DNA of 64,000 nt. It comes from Eledone cirrhosa (Eukaryota). The translations under genes and the position numbers were made by a program. Below the pieces are notes generated by a model that did not search any database, was not told the DNA's origin, and saw only the letters and a list, made by a program, of their open reading frames with translations. Of this stretch, positions 10,536-25,124 are shown in pieces. The stretch's first letter is position 1, and every line of letters starts with the position of its first letter. Location: assembly GCA_964016885.1 (NCBI GenBank), contig OZ024744.1:19220001-19284000 (forward strand), in the 5' to 3' direction.

Positions 10536-13500
10536 TGTATGTCACTGTGTGTTTCTGTATGTCTGTGTCACTGTGTATGTAACTGTATATTGTGTATGTT
10601 TGTGTCACTGTGTATGTCACTGTCTGTTTATGTATGTCTGTGTCACTGTTTGTGTCACTGTGTGTTTCTGTATGCCTGTGTCTCTGTGTATGTCAATGTG
10701 TCTTTGTGTATGTCTGTGTCTCCGTGTATGTCACTGCGTGTTTCTGTATGTCTGTGTCACTGTGTGTTTCTGTATATCTGTGTCTCTGTGTATGTCACTG
10801 TATCTGTGTGTATGTCTGTGTCACTGTGTATGTCACTGTATATGTGTGTATGTGTGTGTCATTGTGTATGTCACTGTGTGTTTCTGTATGTATGTGTCAC
10901 TGTGTATGTAACTGTATATTGTGTATGTTTGTGTCACTGTGTATGTCACTGTCTGTTTATGTATGTCTGTGTCACTGTTTGTGTCACTGTGTGTTTCTGT
11001 ATGCCTGTGTCTCTGTGTATGTCAATGTGTCTTTGTATATGTCTGTGTCACTGTGTATATCACTGTATGTTTGTGTATGCCTGTGTCACTGTGTATGTCA
11101 CCCTATGTTTGTCTATGTCTGTGTCACTGTGTATGTCACTGTATGTTTCTGTATGTCTGTGTCACTGTGTATGTCAATGTGTGTTTCTGTATCTCTGTGT
11201 CACGGCGTATGTCACTGTATGTTTGTGTATGTCTGTGTCACTGTGTATGTCACTGTATGTTTCTCTATGTCTGTGTCACTGTGTATGTCACTGTATGTTT
11301 CTGTATGTCTGTGCCACTGTGTATGTCACTGTATGTTTCTGAAAGTCGGTCTCACTGTGTATGTCACTGTATGTTTCTCTATGTCTGTGTCACTATGTAT
11401 GTAACTGTATGTTTGTGTATGTCTGTGTCACTGTGTATGTCACTGTATGTTTGTGTATGTCTGTGTCACTGTCTATGTCACTGTGTGTTTCTGTATGTCT
11501 GTGTCATTGTGTATGTCACTGTATGTTTCTGTATGTCTGTGTCACTGTGTATATCACTGTGTATATCACTGTGTGTTCCTGTATGTCTGCGTCACTGTGT
11601 ATGTCACTGTATCTTTGTGTATGTATGTGTCACCGTGGATGTCACTGTATCTCTGTGTATGTCTGTGTCACTGTCAATGTCACTGTATCTTTGTGTATGT
11701 CTGTGTCACTGTGTATGTCACTGTGTGTTTGTGTATGCATGTGTCACTGTGTATGTCACTGGGTGTTTCTGTGTGTCTGTGTCACTCTGTATGTCACTGT
11801 ATCTTTGTGTATGTCTGTGTCACCGTGTATGTCACTGTATCTTTGTGTATGTATGTGTCACTGTGTATGTCACTTTGTGTTTCTGTATGTCTGTGTCACG
11901 GTGTATGTCACTGTATTTTTGTGTATGTCTGTGTCACTGTGTGTGTCACTGTGTATGTCACTGTATGCTTCTGTATGTCTGTGTCACTGTGTATGTCACT
12001 GTGTGTTTCTGTATGTCTGTGTCACTGTGTATGTCACTGTATGTTTTTGTATGTCTGTGTCACTGTGTATGTCACTGTATGTTTTTGTATGTCTGTGTCA
12101 CTGTGTATGTCACAGTGTGTTTATGTATGTCTGTGTCACTGTGTATGTCACTGTATCTTTGTGTATGGCTGTGTCACTGTGTATGTCACTGTGTGTTTGG
12201 GTATGTCTGTGTCACTGTGTATTTGTGTATGGCTGTGCCACTGTGTATGTCACTGTATGTTGTGTATATCTGTGTCACTGTGTATGTCACTGTATTTTTG
12301 TGTATGTCTGTGTCACCGTGTATGTCACTGTATATTTGTGTATGTCTGTTTCACTGTGTATGTCACTGTATCTTTGTGTATGTCTGTGTCACCGTGTATG
12401 TCACTGTATATTTGTGTATGTCTATGGCACTATGTATGTCATTGTGTGTTTTTGTATGTCTGTGTCACTGTCTATGTCACTGTATCTTTGTGTATGTATG
12501 TGTCAGTGCGTATGTCACTGGGTGTTTCTGTATGTCTGTGTCACTCTGTCTATCACTGTATCTTTGTGTATGTCTGTGTCACCGTGTATGCCATTGTATC
12601 TTTGTGTATGTCTATGTCACTGTGTATGTCACTGTATCTTTGTGTATGTCTGTGTCACTGTGTATGTCACTGTGTGTTTCTGTATGTCTGTGTCAAGGTG
12701 TATGTTACTGTATGTTTGTGTATGTCTGTGTCACTGTGTATGTCACTGTGAGATTATGTATGTCTGAGGCACTGTGTATGTCACAGTGTGTTTCTGTATG
12801 TCTGTGTCACTGTGTATGTCACTGTATGTCTATGTATGTCTGTGTCACTGTCTATGTTACTGTATCTGTGTGTATGTCTGTGCCACTGTGTATGTCACTG
12901 TATATGTGTGTATGTCTGTGTCACTGTGTATGTCACTGTGTGTTTCTGTATGTATGTGTCACTGTGTATGTAACTGTATATTTGTGTATGTTTGTGTCAC
13001 TGTGTATGTCACTGTCTGTTTATGTATGTCTGTGTCACTGTTTGTGTCACTGTGTGTTTCTGTATGCCTGTGTCTCTGTGTATGTCAATGTGTCTTTGTA
13101 TATGTCTGTGTCACGGCGTATGTCACTGTATGTTTGTGTATGTCTGTGTCACTGTGTATGTCACTGTGTGTTTCTGTATGTCTGTGTCACTGTGTATATC
13201 ACTGTATCTTTGTGTATGTCTGTGTCACTGTGTATGTCACTGTGTGTTTCTGTATGTCTGTGTCACTGTGTATGTCATTGTGTGTTTCTGTATGCCTGTG
13301 TCTGTGTATGTCACTGTATCTTTGTGTATGTCTGTGTCACGGTGTATGTCACTGTATGTTTGTGTATCCCTGTGTCACTCTTATATCAATGAATGTTTCT
13401 GTATGTCTATGTCTCTGTGTATGTCACTGTATCTTTGTGTATGTCTGTGGCACTCTGTATGTCATTGTGTGTTTCTGTATGTCTGTGTCACTGTCTATGT

Positions 13501-14880
13501 CACTGTATCTTTGTGTATGTCTGTGTCACTGTGTATGTCACTGTGTGTTTGTGTATGCCTGTGTCACTGTGTATGTCACTGTGTGTTTCTGTATGTCTGT
13601 GTCACTGTGTATGTCACTGGGTGTTTCTCTATGTCTGTGTCACTTTGTATGTCACTGTATCTTTGTGTATGTATGTGTCACTGTGTATGTCCCTGTATCT
13701 TTGTGTATGTCTGTGTCACCGTGTATGTCACTGTATCTTTGTGTATGTATGTGTCACTGTGTAAGTCATTGTATCTTTGTGTATGTCTGTGGCACTCTGT
13801 ATGTCACTGTGTGTTTCTATATGTCTGTGTCACTGTCTATGTCACTGTATCTTTGTGTATTTATGTGTCACTGTGTATGTCACTGTGTGTTTCTGTATGT
13901 CTGTGTCTCTGTGTATGTCACTGTATCTCTGTGTATGTCTGTGTCACTGTGTATGTCACTGTGTGTTTGTGTATGCCTGTGTGACTGTGTATTTCACTGT
14001 TTGTTTCTTTATGTATGTGTCACTGTGTATGTCACTGTGTGTTTCTGTATGTCTGTGTCACTGTGTATGTCACTGTATCTTTGTGTATGTCTGTGTCACT
14101 GTGTATGTCACTGTGTTTCTGTATGTCTGTGTCACTGTGTATGTCATTGTGTGTTTCTGTATGCCTGTGTCTGTGTATGTCACTGTATCTTTGTGTATGT
14201 CTGTGTCACGGTGTATGTCACTGTATGTTTGTGTATGCCTGTGTCACTCTTATATCAATGAATGTTTCTGTATGTCTATGTCTCTGTGTATGTCACTGTA
14301 CCTTTGTGTATGTCTGTGGCACTCTGTATGTCATTGTGTGTTTCTGTATGTCTGTGTCACTGTCTATGTCACTGTATCTTTGTGTATGTCTGTGTCACTG
14401 TGTATGTCACTGTGTGTTTGTGTATGCCTGTGTCACTGTGTATGTTACTGTGTGTTTCTGTATGCCTGTGTCACTGTGTATGTCACTGGGTGTTTCTCTA
14501 TGTCTGTGTCACTTTGTATGTCACTGTATCTTTGTGTATGTATGTGTCACTGTGTATGTCCCTGTATCTTTGTGTATGTCTGTGTCACCGTGTATGTCAC
14601 TGTATCTTTGTGTATGTATGTGTCACTGTGTAAGTCATGGTATCTTTGTGTATGTCTGTGGCACTCTGTATGTCACTGTGTGTTTCTATATGTCTGTGTC
14701 ACTGTCTATGTCACTGTATCTTTGTGTATGTATGTGTCACTGTGTATGTCACTGTGTGTTTCTGTATGTCTGTGTCTCTGTGTATGTCACTGTATCTCTG
14801 TGTATGTCTGTGTCACTGTGTATGTCACTGTGTGTTTGTGTATGCCTGTGTGACTGTGTATTTCACTGTTTGTTTCTTTA
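10536..14880. repeat. Segmental duplicate of ~2325-6670 (offset 8211 bp); ends approximate
   Basis: Matching ORF pairs: 2381/10592, 2710/10921, 3236/11447, 4563/12774, 5182/13393. The private motif TGAAAGTCGG occurs at 3129 and 11340. Confidence 0.88.
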
Positions 14881-17800
14881 TGTCTGTATCACTGTGTATG
14901 TCACTGGGTGTTTCTGTATGTCTGTGTCACTCTGTATGTCACTGTATCTTTGTGTATGTCTCTGTCACCGTGTATGTCACTGTGTCTTTGTGTATATGTG
15001 TGTAACCATGTAAGTAACTTATCTTTGTGTATGTATGTGTCACTGTGTATGTCGCTGTGTCTTTCTGTATGTCTGTGTATCTGTGTATGTCACTGTATCT
15101 TTGTGGATGTCTGTGTCACCGTGTATGTCACTGTATCTTTGTGTATGTCTATGTCACTGTGTATGTCAATTCTGTGTTTCTGTATGTCTGTGTCACTGTG
15201 TATGTCACTGTATCTTTGTGTATGTCTGTGTCGCGGTGTATGTCACTGTATCTTTGTGTATGTCTGTGTCACAGTGTATGTCACTGTATGTTTCTGTATG
15301 TCTGTCACTGTGTATATCAATGTATGTTTGTGTATGCCTGTGTCAATGTGTATATCAATGTATGTTTCTGTATGTCTATGTCTCTGTATGTCACTGTATC
15401 TTTGTGTATGACTGTGTCACTGTGTATGTCACTGTGTGTTTGTGTGTGTCTGTGTCACTGTGTATGTCACTGTATGTTTCTCTATGTCTGTGTCACTGTG
15501 TATGTCACTGTATGTTTCTGTATGTCTGTGCCACTGTGTATGTCACTGTATGTTTCTGTATGTCGGTGTCACTGTGTATGTCACTGTATGTTTCTCTATG
15601 TCTGTGTCACTATGTATGTCACTGTGTGTTTCTGTATGTCTGTGTCACTGTGTATGTCACTTTATGTTTCTGTATGTCTGTGTCACTGTGTATGTCAATG
15701 TGTTTGTATGTGATTGTGTCACTGTGTATGTCACTGTATGTTTCTGTAAGTCTGTGTCACTGTGTATGTCACTGTATGTTTGTGTGTGTCTGTGTCACTG
15801 TGTATGTCACTGTGTATGTCACTGTGTGTTTCTGTATGTCTGTGTCACTGTGTATGTCATTGTGTGTTTCTGTATGTCTGTGTCACAGTGTATGTCACTG
15901 TATGTTTTTGTATGTCTGTGTCACTGTGTATGCCACTGTATTTTTGTGTATGTCTGTGTCACTGTGTCTGTCACTGTGTATGTCACTGTATGTTTTTGTA
16001 TGTCTGTGTCACTGTGTATGTCACTGTGTGTTTCTGTATGTCTGTGTCACTGTGTATGTCACTGTATGTTTTTGTATGTCTGTGTCACTGTGTATGTCAC
16101 TGTATGTTTTTGTATGTCTGTGTCACTGTGTATGTCACTGTGTGTTTATGTATGTCTGTGTCACTGTGTATGTCACTGTATCTTTGTGTATGGCTGTGTC
16201 ACTGTGTATGTCACTGTATGTTTGTGTATGTCTGTGTCACTGTGTATGTCACTCTGTGTTTCTCTATGTCTGTGTCACTGTGTATGTCACTGTACTTTTG
16301 TGTATGTCTGTGTCACCGTGTATGTCACTGTATATTTGTGTATGTCTGTGTCACTGTGTATGTCACTGTATATTTGTGTATGTCTGTGTCACCGTGTATG
16401 TCACTGTATATTTGTGTATGTCTGTGGCACTATGTATGTCATTGTGTGTTTCTGTATGTCTGTGTCACTGTCTATGTCACTGTATCTTTGTGTATGTCTG
16501 TGTCACTGTGTATGTCACTGTGTTTTTGCGTGTGTCTGTGTCACTGTGTATGTCACTGTGTGTTTCTGTATGTCTGTGTCACTGTGTATGTCACTGTGTG
16601 TTTCTGTATGTCTGTGTCACTGTGTATGTCACTGTATGTTTGTGTGTGTCTGTGTCACTGTGTATGTCACTGTGTTTTGCGTGTGTCTGTGTCACTGTGT
16701 ATGCCACTGTGTGTTTGTGTATGTATGTGTCACTGTGTATGTCACTGTGTGTTTCTGTATGTCTGCGTCGCTGTGTATGTCACTGTGTGTTTCTGTATGT
16801 CTGTGTCACCGTGTATGTCACTGTATGTTTTTGTATGTCTGTGTCACTGTGAATGCCACTGTATTTTTGTGTATGTCTGTGTCACTGTGTGTGTCACTGT
16901 GTATGTCACTGTATGCTTCTGTATGTCTGTGTCACTGTGTATGTCACTGTGTGTTTCTGTATGTCTGTGTCACTGTGTATGTCACTGTATGTTTTTGTAT
17001 GTCTGTGTCACTGTGTATGTCACTGTATGTTTTTGTATGTCTGTGTCACTGTGTATGTCACTGTGTGTTTATGTATGTCTGTGTCACTGTGTATGTCACT
17101 GTATCTTTGTGTATGGCTGTGTCACTGTGTATGTCACTGTGTGTTTGGGTATGTCTGTGTCACTGTGTATTTGTGTATGGCTGTGCCACTGTCTATGTCA
17201 CTGTATGTTGTGTATGTTTGTGTCACTGTGTATGTCACTGTATTTTTGTGTATGTCTGTGTCACCGTGTATGTCACTGTATATGTGTGTATGTCTATGGC
17301 ACTATGTATGTCATTGTGTGTTTCTGTATGTCTGTGTCACTGTCTATGTCACTGTATCTTTGTGTATGTATGTGTCACTGCGTATGTCACTGGGTGTTTC
17401 TGTATGTCTGTGTCACTCTGTATATCACTGTATCTTTGTGTATGTCTGTGTCACCGTGTATGCCATTGTATCTTTGTGTATGTCTATGTCACTGTGTATG
17501 TCACTGTATCTTTGTGTATGTCTGTGTCACTGTGTATGTCACTGTGTGTTTCTGTATGTCTGTGTCAAGGTGTATGTCACTGTATGTTTGTGTATGTCTG
17601 TGTCACTGTGTATGTCACTGTGAGATTATGTATGTCTGAGGCACTGTGTATGTCACAGTGTGTTTCTGTATGTCTGTGTCACTGTGTATGTCACTGTATG
17701 TCTCTGTATGTCTGTGTCACTGTCTATGTCACTGTATCGTTGTGAATGTCTGTGTCACTGTGTATGTCACTGTGTGTTTCTCAATGTATGTGTCACTGTG

Positions 17801-20800
17801 TATGTCACTGTGTGTTTCTGTATATCTGTGTCTCTGTGTATGTCACTGTATCTGTGTGTATGTCTGTGTCACTGTGTATGTCACTGTATATGTGTGTATG
17901 TCTGTGTCACTGTGTATGTCTGTGTCACTGTGTATGTCACTGTGTGTTTCTGTATGTATGTGTCACTGTGTATGTAACTGTATATTTGTGTATGTTTGTG
18001 TCACTGTGTATGTCACTGTCTGTTTATGTATGTCTGTGTCACTGTTTGTGTCACTGTGTGTTTCTGTATGCCTGTGTCTCTGTGTATGTCAATGTGTCTT
18101 TGTATATGTCTGTGTCACGGCGTATGTCACTGTATGTTTGTGTATGTCTGTGTCACTGTGTATGTCACTGTGTGTTTCTGTATGTCTGTATCACTGTGTA
18201 TATCACTGTATGTTTGTGTATGCCTGTGTCACTGTGTATGTCAATGTATGTCTCTGTATGTCTGTGTCACTGTGTATGTCACTGTATCTTTGTGTGTGTC
18301 TGTGTCACTGTGTATGTCACTGTATCTTTGTGTGTGTCTGTGTCACTGTGTATGTCACCCTATGTTTGTGTATGTCTGTGTCACTGTGTATGTCACTGTA
18401 TGTTTCTGTATGTCTGTGTCACTGTGTATGTCAATGTGTGTTTCTGTATCTCTGTGTCACGGCGTATGTCACTGTATGTTTGTGTATGTCTGTGTCAATG
18501 TGTATGTCACTGTATGTTTGTGTATGTCTGTGTCACTGTCTATGTCACTGTGTGTTTCTCTATGTCTGTGTCATTGTGTATGTCACTGTATGTTTCTGTA
18601 TGTCTGTGTCACTGTGTATATCACTGTGTATATCAATGTGTGTTCCTGTATGTCTGTGTCACTGTGTCTCTGTGTATGTTTGTGTATGTATGTGTCACCG
18701 TGGATGTTACTGTATCTTTGTGTATGTCTGTGTCACTGTGTATGTCACTGTGTGTTTGTGTATGCATGTGTCACTGTGTATGTCACTGGGTGTTTCTGTG
18801 TGTATGTGTCACTCTGTATGTCACTGTATCTTTGTGTATGTCTGTGTCACCGTGTATGTCACTGTATGTTTGTGTATGTCTGTGTCACTGTGTATGTCAT
18901 TGTGAGTTTCTGTATGTCTGTGTCACTGTGTATGTCACTGTGTGTTTCTGTATGTCTGTGTCACTGTGTATGTCACTGTATCTTTGTGTATGTCTGTGTC
19001 ACTGTGTATGTCACTGTGTGTTTCTGTATGTCTGTGTCACTGTGTATGTCACTGTGTGTTTCTGTATGTCTGTGTCACGGTGTATGTCACTGTATGTTTG
19101 TGTATGCCTGTGTCACTCTTATATCAATGAATGTTTCTGTATGTGTATGTCTCTGTGTATGTCACTGTATCTTTGTGTATGTCTGTGGCACTCTGTATGT
19201 CATTGTGTGTTTCTGTATGTCTGTGTCACTGTCTATGTCACTGTATCTTTGTGTATGTCTGTGTCACTGTGTATGTCACTGTGTGTTTGTGTATGCCTGG
19301 GTCACTGTGTATGTCACTGTATGTTTATGTATGCCTGTGTCACTGTGTATATCAATGTATGTTTCTGTATGTCTATGTCTCTGTATGTCACTGTATCTTT
19401 GTGTATGACTGTGTCACTGTGTATGTCACTGTGTGTTTGTGTGTGTCTGTGTCACTGTGTATGTCACTGTATGTTTCTCTATGTCTGTGTCACTGTGTAT
19501 GTCACTGTATGTTTCTGTATGTCGGTGTCACTGTGTATGTCACTGTATGTTTATGTATGTCTGTGTCACGGTGTATGTCACTGTATGTTTGTGTATGTAT
19601 GTGTCACTGTGTATGTCACTGTATGTTTCTGTATGTCTGTGTCACTGTGTATGTTACTGTATCTTTGTGTATGTCTGTGTCACTGTGTATGTCACTGGGT
19701 GTTTCTGTATGTCTGTGTCACTGTGTATCTCGCTGTGTGTTTCTGTATGTCTGTGTATCTGTGTATGTCACTGTATCTTTGTGTATGTCTGTGTCACTAT
19801 GTATGTCACTGTGTGTTTCTGTATGTTTGTGTCACTGTGTATGTCACTGTATGTTTCTGTATGTCTGTGTCACTGTGTATGTCACTGTATGTTTGTGTGT
19901 GTCTGTGTCACTGTGTATGTCACTGTGTTTTTGCGTGTGTCTGTATCACTGTGTATGTCACTGTGTGTTTGTGTATGTATGTGTCACTGTGTATGTCACT
20001 GTGTGTTTCTGTATGTCTGTGTAACTGTGTATGTTACTGTGTGTTTCTGTATGTCTGTGTCACTGTGTATGTCACTGGGTGTTTCTGTATGTCTGTGTCA
20101 CTGTGTATCTCGCTGTGTGTTTCTGTATGTCTGTGTATCTGTGTATGTCACTGTATCTTTGTGTATGTCTGTGTCACTATGTATGGCACTGTGTGTTTCT
20201 GTATGTCTGTGTCACTGTGTATGTCAATATGTTTGTATGTATTTGTGTCACTGTGTATATCACTGTATGTTTCTGTATGTATGTGTCACTGTGTATGTCA
20301 CTGTATGTTTGTGTGTGTCTGTGTCACTGTGTATGTCACTGTGTTTTTGCGTGTGTCTGTGTCACTGTGTATGTTACTGTGTGTTTGTGTATGTATGTGT
20401 CACTGTGTATGTCATTGTGTGTTTCTGTATGTCTGTGTCACTGTGTATGTCACTGTATGTTTGTGTGTGTCTGTGTCACTGTGGATGTCACTGTGTGTTT
20501 CTGTATGTCTGTGTCACTGTGTATGTCATTGTGTGTTTCTGTATGTCTGTGCGACTGTGTATGTCACTGTATGTTTCAGTATGTCGGTGTCACTGTGTAT
20601 GTCACTGTATTTTTGTGTATGTCTGTATCACTGTGTATGTCACAGTATGTTTCTGTATGTCTGTGTCACTGTGTATGTCAATGTGTGTTTCTGTATGTCT
20701 GTGTCACGGTGTATGTCACTGTATGTTTGTGTATGTATGTGTCACTGTGTATGTCACTGTATGTTTCTGTATGTCTGTGTCACTGTGTATGTCACTGGGT

Positions 20801-23800
20801 GTTTCTGTATGTCTGTGTCACTGTGTATCTCGCTGTGTGTTTCTGTATGTCTTTGTATCTGTGTATGTCACTGTATGTTTGTGTATGTCTGTGTCACTGT
20901 ATCTTTGTGTGTGTCTGTGTCACTGTGTATGTCACTGTATCTTTGTGTGTGTCTGTGTCACTGTGTATGTCACCCTATGTTTGTGTATGTCTGTGTCACT
21001 GTGTATGTCACTGTATGTTTCTGTATGTCTGTGTCAATGTGTATGCCAATGTGTGTTTATGTATCTCTGTGTCACGGCGTATGTCACTGTATGTTTGTGT
21101 ATGTCTGTGTCACTGTCTATGTCACTGTGTGTTTCTGTATGTCTGTGTCATTGTGTACGTCACTGTATGTTTCTGTATGTCTGTGTCACTGTGTATATCA
21201 CTGTGTGTTCCTGTATGTCTGTGTCACTGTGTCTCTGTGTATGTTTGTGTATGTCTGTGTCACTGTGTATGTCACTGTATCTTTGTGTATGTATGTGTCA
21301 CCGTGGATGTCACTGTATCTTTGTGTATGTCTGTGTCAGTGTCAATGTCACTGGGTGTTTCTGTATGTCTGTGTCACTGTGTATGTCACTGTGTGTTTGT
21401 GTATGCATGTGTCACTGTGTATGTCACTGGGTGTTTCTGTGTGTCTGTGTCACTCTGTATGTCACTGTATCTTTGTGTATGTCTGTGTCACCGTGTATGT
21501 CACTGTATCTGTGTGTATGTATGTGTCACTGTGTATGTTACTTTGTGTTTCTGTATGTCTGTGTCACGGTGTATGTCACTGTATGTTTGTGTATGTCTGT
21601 GTCACTGTGTATGCCATTGTGAGTTTCTGTATGTCTGTGTCACTGTGTATGTCACTGTGTGTTTCTGTATGTTTGTGTCACTGTGTATGTCACTGTATCT
21701 TTGTGTATGTCTGTGTCACTGTGTATGTCACTGTGTGTTTCTGTATGTCTATGTCTCTGTGTATGTCACTGTATCTTTGTGTATGTCTGTGGCACTTTGT
21801 ATGTCATTGTGTGTTTCTGTATGTCTGTGTCACTGTCTATGTCACTGTATATTTGTGTATGTCTGTGTCACTGTGTATGTCACTGTGTGTTTGTGTATGC
21901 CTGTGTCACTGTGTATGTCACTGTGTGTTTCTGTATGTCTGTGTCACTGTGTATGTCACTGGGTGTTTCTCTATGTCTGTGTCACTTTGTATGTCACTGT
22001 ATCTTTGTGTATATCTGTGTCACCGTGTATGTCACTGTATCTTTGTGTATGTATGTGTCACTGTGTATGTCACTGTGTGTTTCTGTATGTCTGTGTCTCT
22101 GTGTATGTCACTGTATCTATGTGTATGTCTGTGTCACTGTGTATGTCACTGTGTGTTTGTGTATGCCTGTGTGACTGTGTATTTCACTGTTTGTTTCTTT
22201 ATGCCTGTGTCACTGTGTATGTCACTGGGTGTTTCTGTATGTCTGTGTCACTCTGTATGTCACTGTATCTTTGTGTATGTCTCTGTCACCGTGTATGTCA
22301 CTGTGTCTTTGTGTATGTGTGTGTCACCATGTAAGTAATTTATCTTTGTGTATGTCTGTCACTGTGTATATCAATGTATGTTTATGTATGCCTGTGTCAC
22401 TGTGTATATCAATGTATGTTTCTGTATGTCTATGTCTCTGTATGTCACTGTATCTTTGTGTATGACTGTGTCACTGTGTATGTCACTGTGTGTTTGTGTG
22501 TGTCTGTGTCACTGTGTATGTCACTGTATGTTTCTCTATGTCTGTGTCACTGTGTATGTAACTGTATGTTTCTGCATGTCTGTGCCACTGTGTATGTCAC
22601 TGTATGTTTCTGTATGTCGGTGTCACTGTGTATGTCAATGTGTGTTTGTGTATGTATGTGTCACTGTGTATGTCACTGTATGTTTATGTATGTCTGTGTC
22701 ACTGTGTATGTTACTGTATGTTTCTGTATGTCTGTGTCACTGTGTATGTCACTGGGTGTTTCTGTATGTCTGTGTCACTGTGTATCTCGCTGTGTGTTTC
22801 TGTATGTCTGTGTATCTGTGTATGTCACTGTATCTTTGTGTATGGCTGTGTCACTATGTATGTCACTGTGTGTTTCTGTATGTCTGTGTCACTGTGTATG
22901 TCACTGTATGTTTCTGTATGTCTGTGTCACTGTGTATGTCAATGTGTTTGTATGTGTTTGTGTCACTGTGTATGTCACTGTATGTTTCTGTATGTCTGTG
23001 TCACTGTGTATGTCACTGTATGTTTGTGTGTGTCTGTGTCACTGTGTATGTCACTGTGTTTTTGCGTGTGTCTGTGTCACTGTGTATGTCACTGTGTGTT
23101 TGTGTATGTATGTGTCACTGTGTATGTCACTGTGTGTTTCTGTATGTCTGTGTCACTGTGTATGTCACTGTGTGTTTCTGTATGTCTGTGCCACTGTGTA
23201 TGTCACTGTATGTTTTTGTATGTCTGTGTCACTGTGTATGTCACTGTATGTTTTTGTATGTCTGTGTCACTGTGTATGTCACTGTGTTTATGTATGTCTG
23301 AGTCACTGTGTATGTCACTGTATGTTTGTGTATGTCTGTGTCACCGTGTATGTCACTGTATATTTGTGTATGTCTGTGTCACTGTGTATGTCACTGTATC
23401 TTTGTGTATGTCTGTGTCACCGTGTATGTCACTGTATATTTGTGTATGTCAGTGGCACTATGTATGTCATTGTGTGTTTCTGTATGTCTGTGTCACTCTC
23501 TATGTCACTGTATCTTTGTGTATGTCTGTGACACTGTGTATGTCACTGTGTTTTTGCGTGTGTCTGTGTCACTGTGTATGTCACTGTGTGTTTCTGTATG
23601 TCTGTGTCACTGTGTATGTCACTGTGTGTTTCTGTATGTCTGTGTCACTGTGTATGTCACTGTATGTTTGTGTGTGTCTGTGTCACTGTGTATGTCACTG
23701 TGTTTTTGCGTGTGTCTGTGTCACTGTGTATGTCACTGTGTGTTTGTGTATGTCTGTGTCACTGTGTATGTCACTGTGTGTTTATGTATGTATGTGTCAC

Positions 23801-24824
23801 TGTGTATGTAACTGTATATTTGTGTATGTTTGTGTCACTGTGTATGTCACTGTCTGTTTATGTATGTCTGTGTAACTGTTTGTGTCACTGTGTGTTTCTG
23901 TATGCCTGTGTCTCTGTTTATGTCAATGTGTCTTTGTATATGTCTGTGTCACGGCGTATGTCACTGTATGTTTGTGTATGTCTGTGTCACTGTGTATGTC
24001 ACTGTGTGTTTCTGTATGTCTGTGTCACTGTGTATATCACTGGATGTTTGGGTATGCCTGTGTCACTGTGTATGTCAATGTATGTCTCTGTATGTCTGTG
24101 TCTCTGTGTATGTCAATGTAACTTTGTGTGTGTCTGTGCCATTGTGTATGTCACTGTATCTTTGTGTGTGTCTGTATCACTGTGTATGTCACTGTATCTT
24201 TGTGTGTGTCTGTGTCACTATGTTTGTGTATGTCTGTGTCACTGTGTATGTCACTGTATGTTTCTGTATGTCTGTGTCACTGTGTATGTCAATGTGTGTT
24301 TCTGTATATCTGTGTCACGGCGTATGTCACTGTATGTTTGTGTATGTCTGTGTCACTGTGTATGTCACTGTGTGTTTCTGTATGTCTGTGTCATTGTGTA
24401 TGTCACTGTATGTTTCTGTATGTCTGTGTCACTGTGTATATCACTGTGTATATCACTGTGTGTTCCTGTATGTCTGTGTCACTGTGTCTCTGTGTATGTT
24501 TCTGTATGTCTGTGTCACTGTGTATGTCACTGTATCTTTGTGTATGTATGTGTCACCGTGGATGTCACTGTATCTTTGTGTATGTCTGTGTCACTGTCAA
24601 TGTCACTGTATCTTTGTGTATGTCTGTGTCACTGTGTATGTCACTGTGTGTTTGTGTATGCATGTGTCAATGTGTATGTCACTGGGTGTTTCTGTGTGTC
24701 TGTGTCACTCTGTATGTCACTGTATCTTTGTGTATGTCTGTGTCACCGTGTATGTCACTGTATCTTTGTGTATGTTTGTGTCACTGTGTATGTCACTTTG
24801 TGTTTCTGTATGTCTGTGTCACGG

Positions 24825-24884
24825 TGTATGTCATTGTATGTTTGTGTATGTCATTGTGAGTTTCTGTATGTCATTGTGAGTTTC
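24825..24884. repeat. Three tandem 20-bp truncated monomers TGTATGTCATTGT(AT/GA)GTTT(G/C); copied at 48247-48306
   Basis: The sequence reads tgtatgtcattgtatgtttg-tgtatgtcattgtgagtttc-tgtatgtcattgtgagtttc. Confidence 0.9.
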
Positions 24885-25124
24885 TGTATGTCTGTGTCAC
24901 TGTGTATGTCACTGTGTGTTTCTGTATGTCTGTGTCACTGTGTATGTCATTGTGTGTTTGTGTATGCCTGTGTCTGTGTATGTCACTGTATCTTTGTGTA
25001 TGTCTGTGGCACTCTGTATGTCATTGTGTGTTTCTGTATGTCTGTGTCACTGTCTATGTCACTGTATCTTTGTGTATGTCTGTGTCACTGTGTATGTCAC
25101 TGTGTGTTTGTGTATGCCTGTGTC

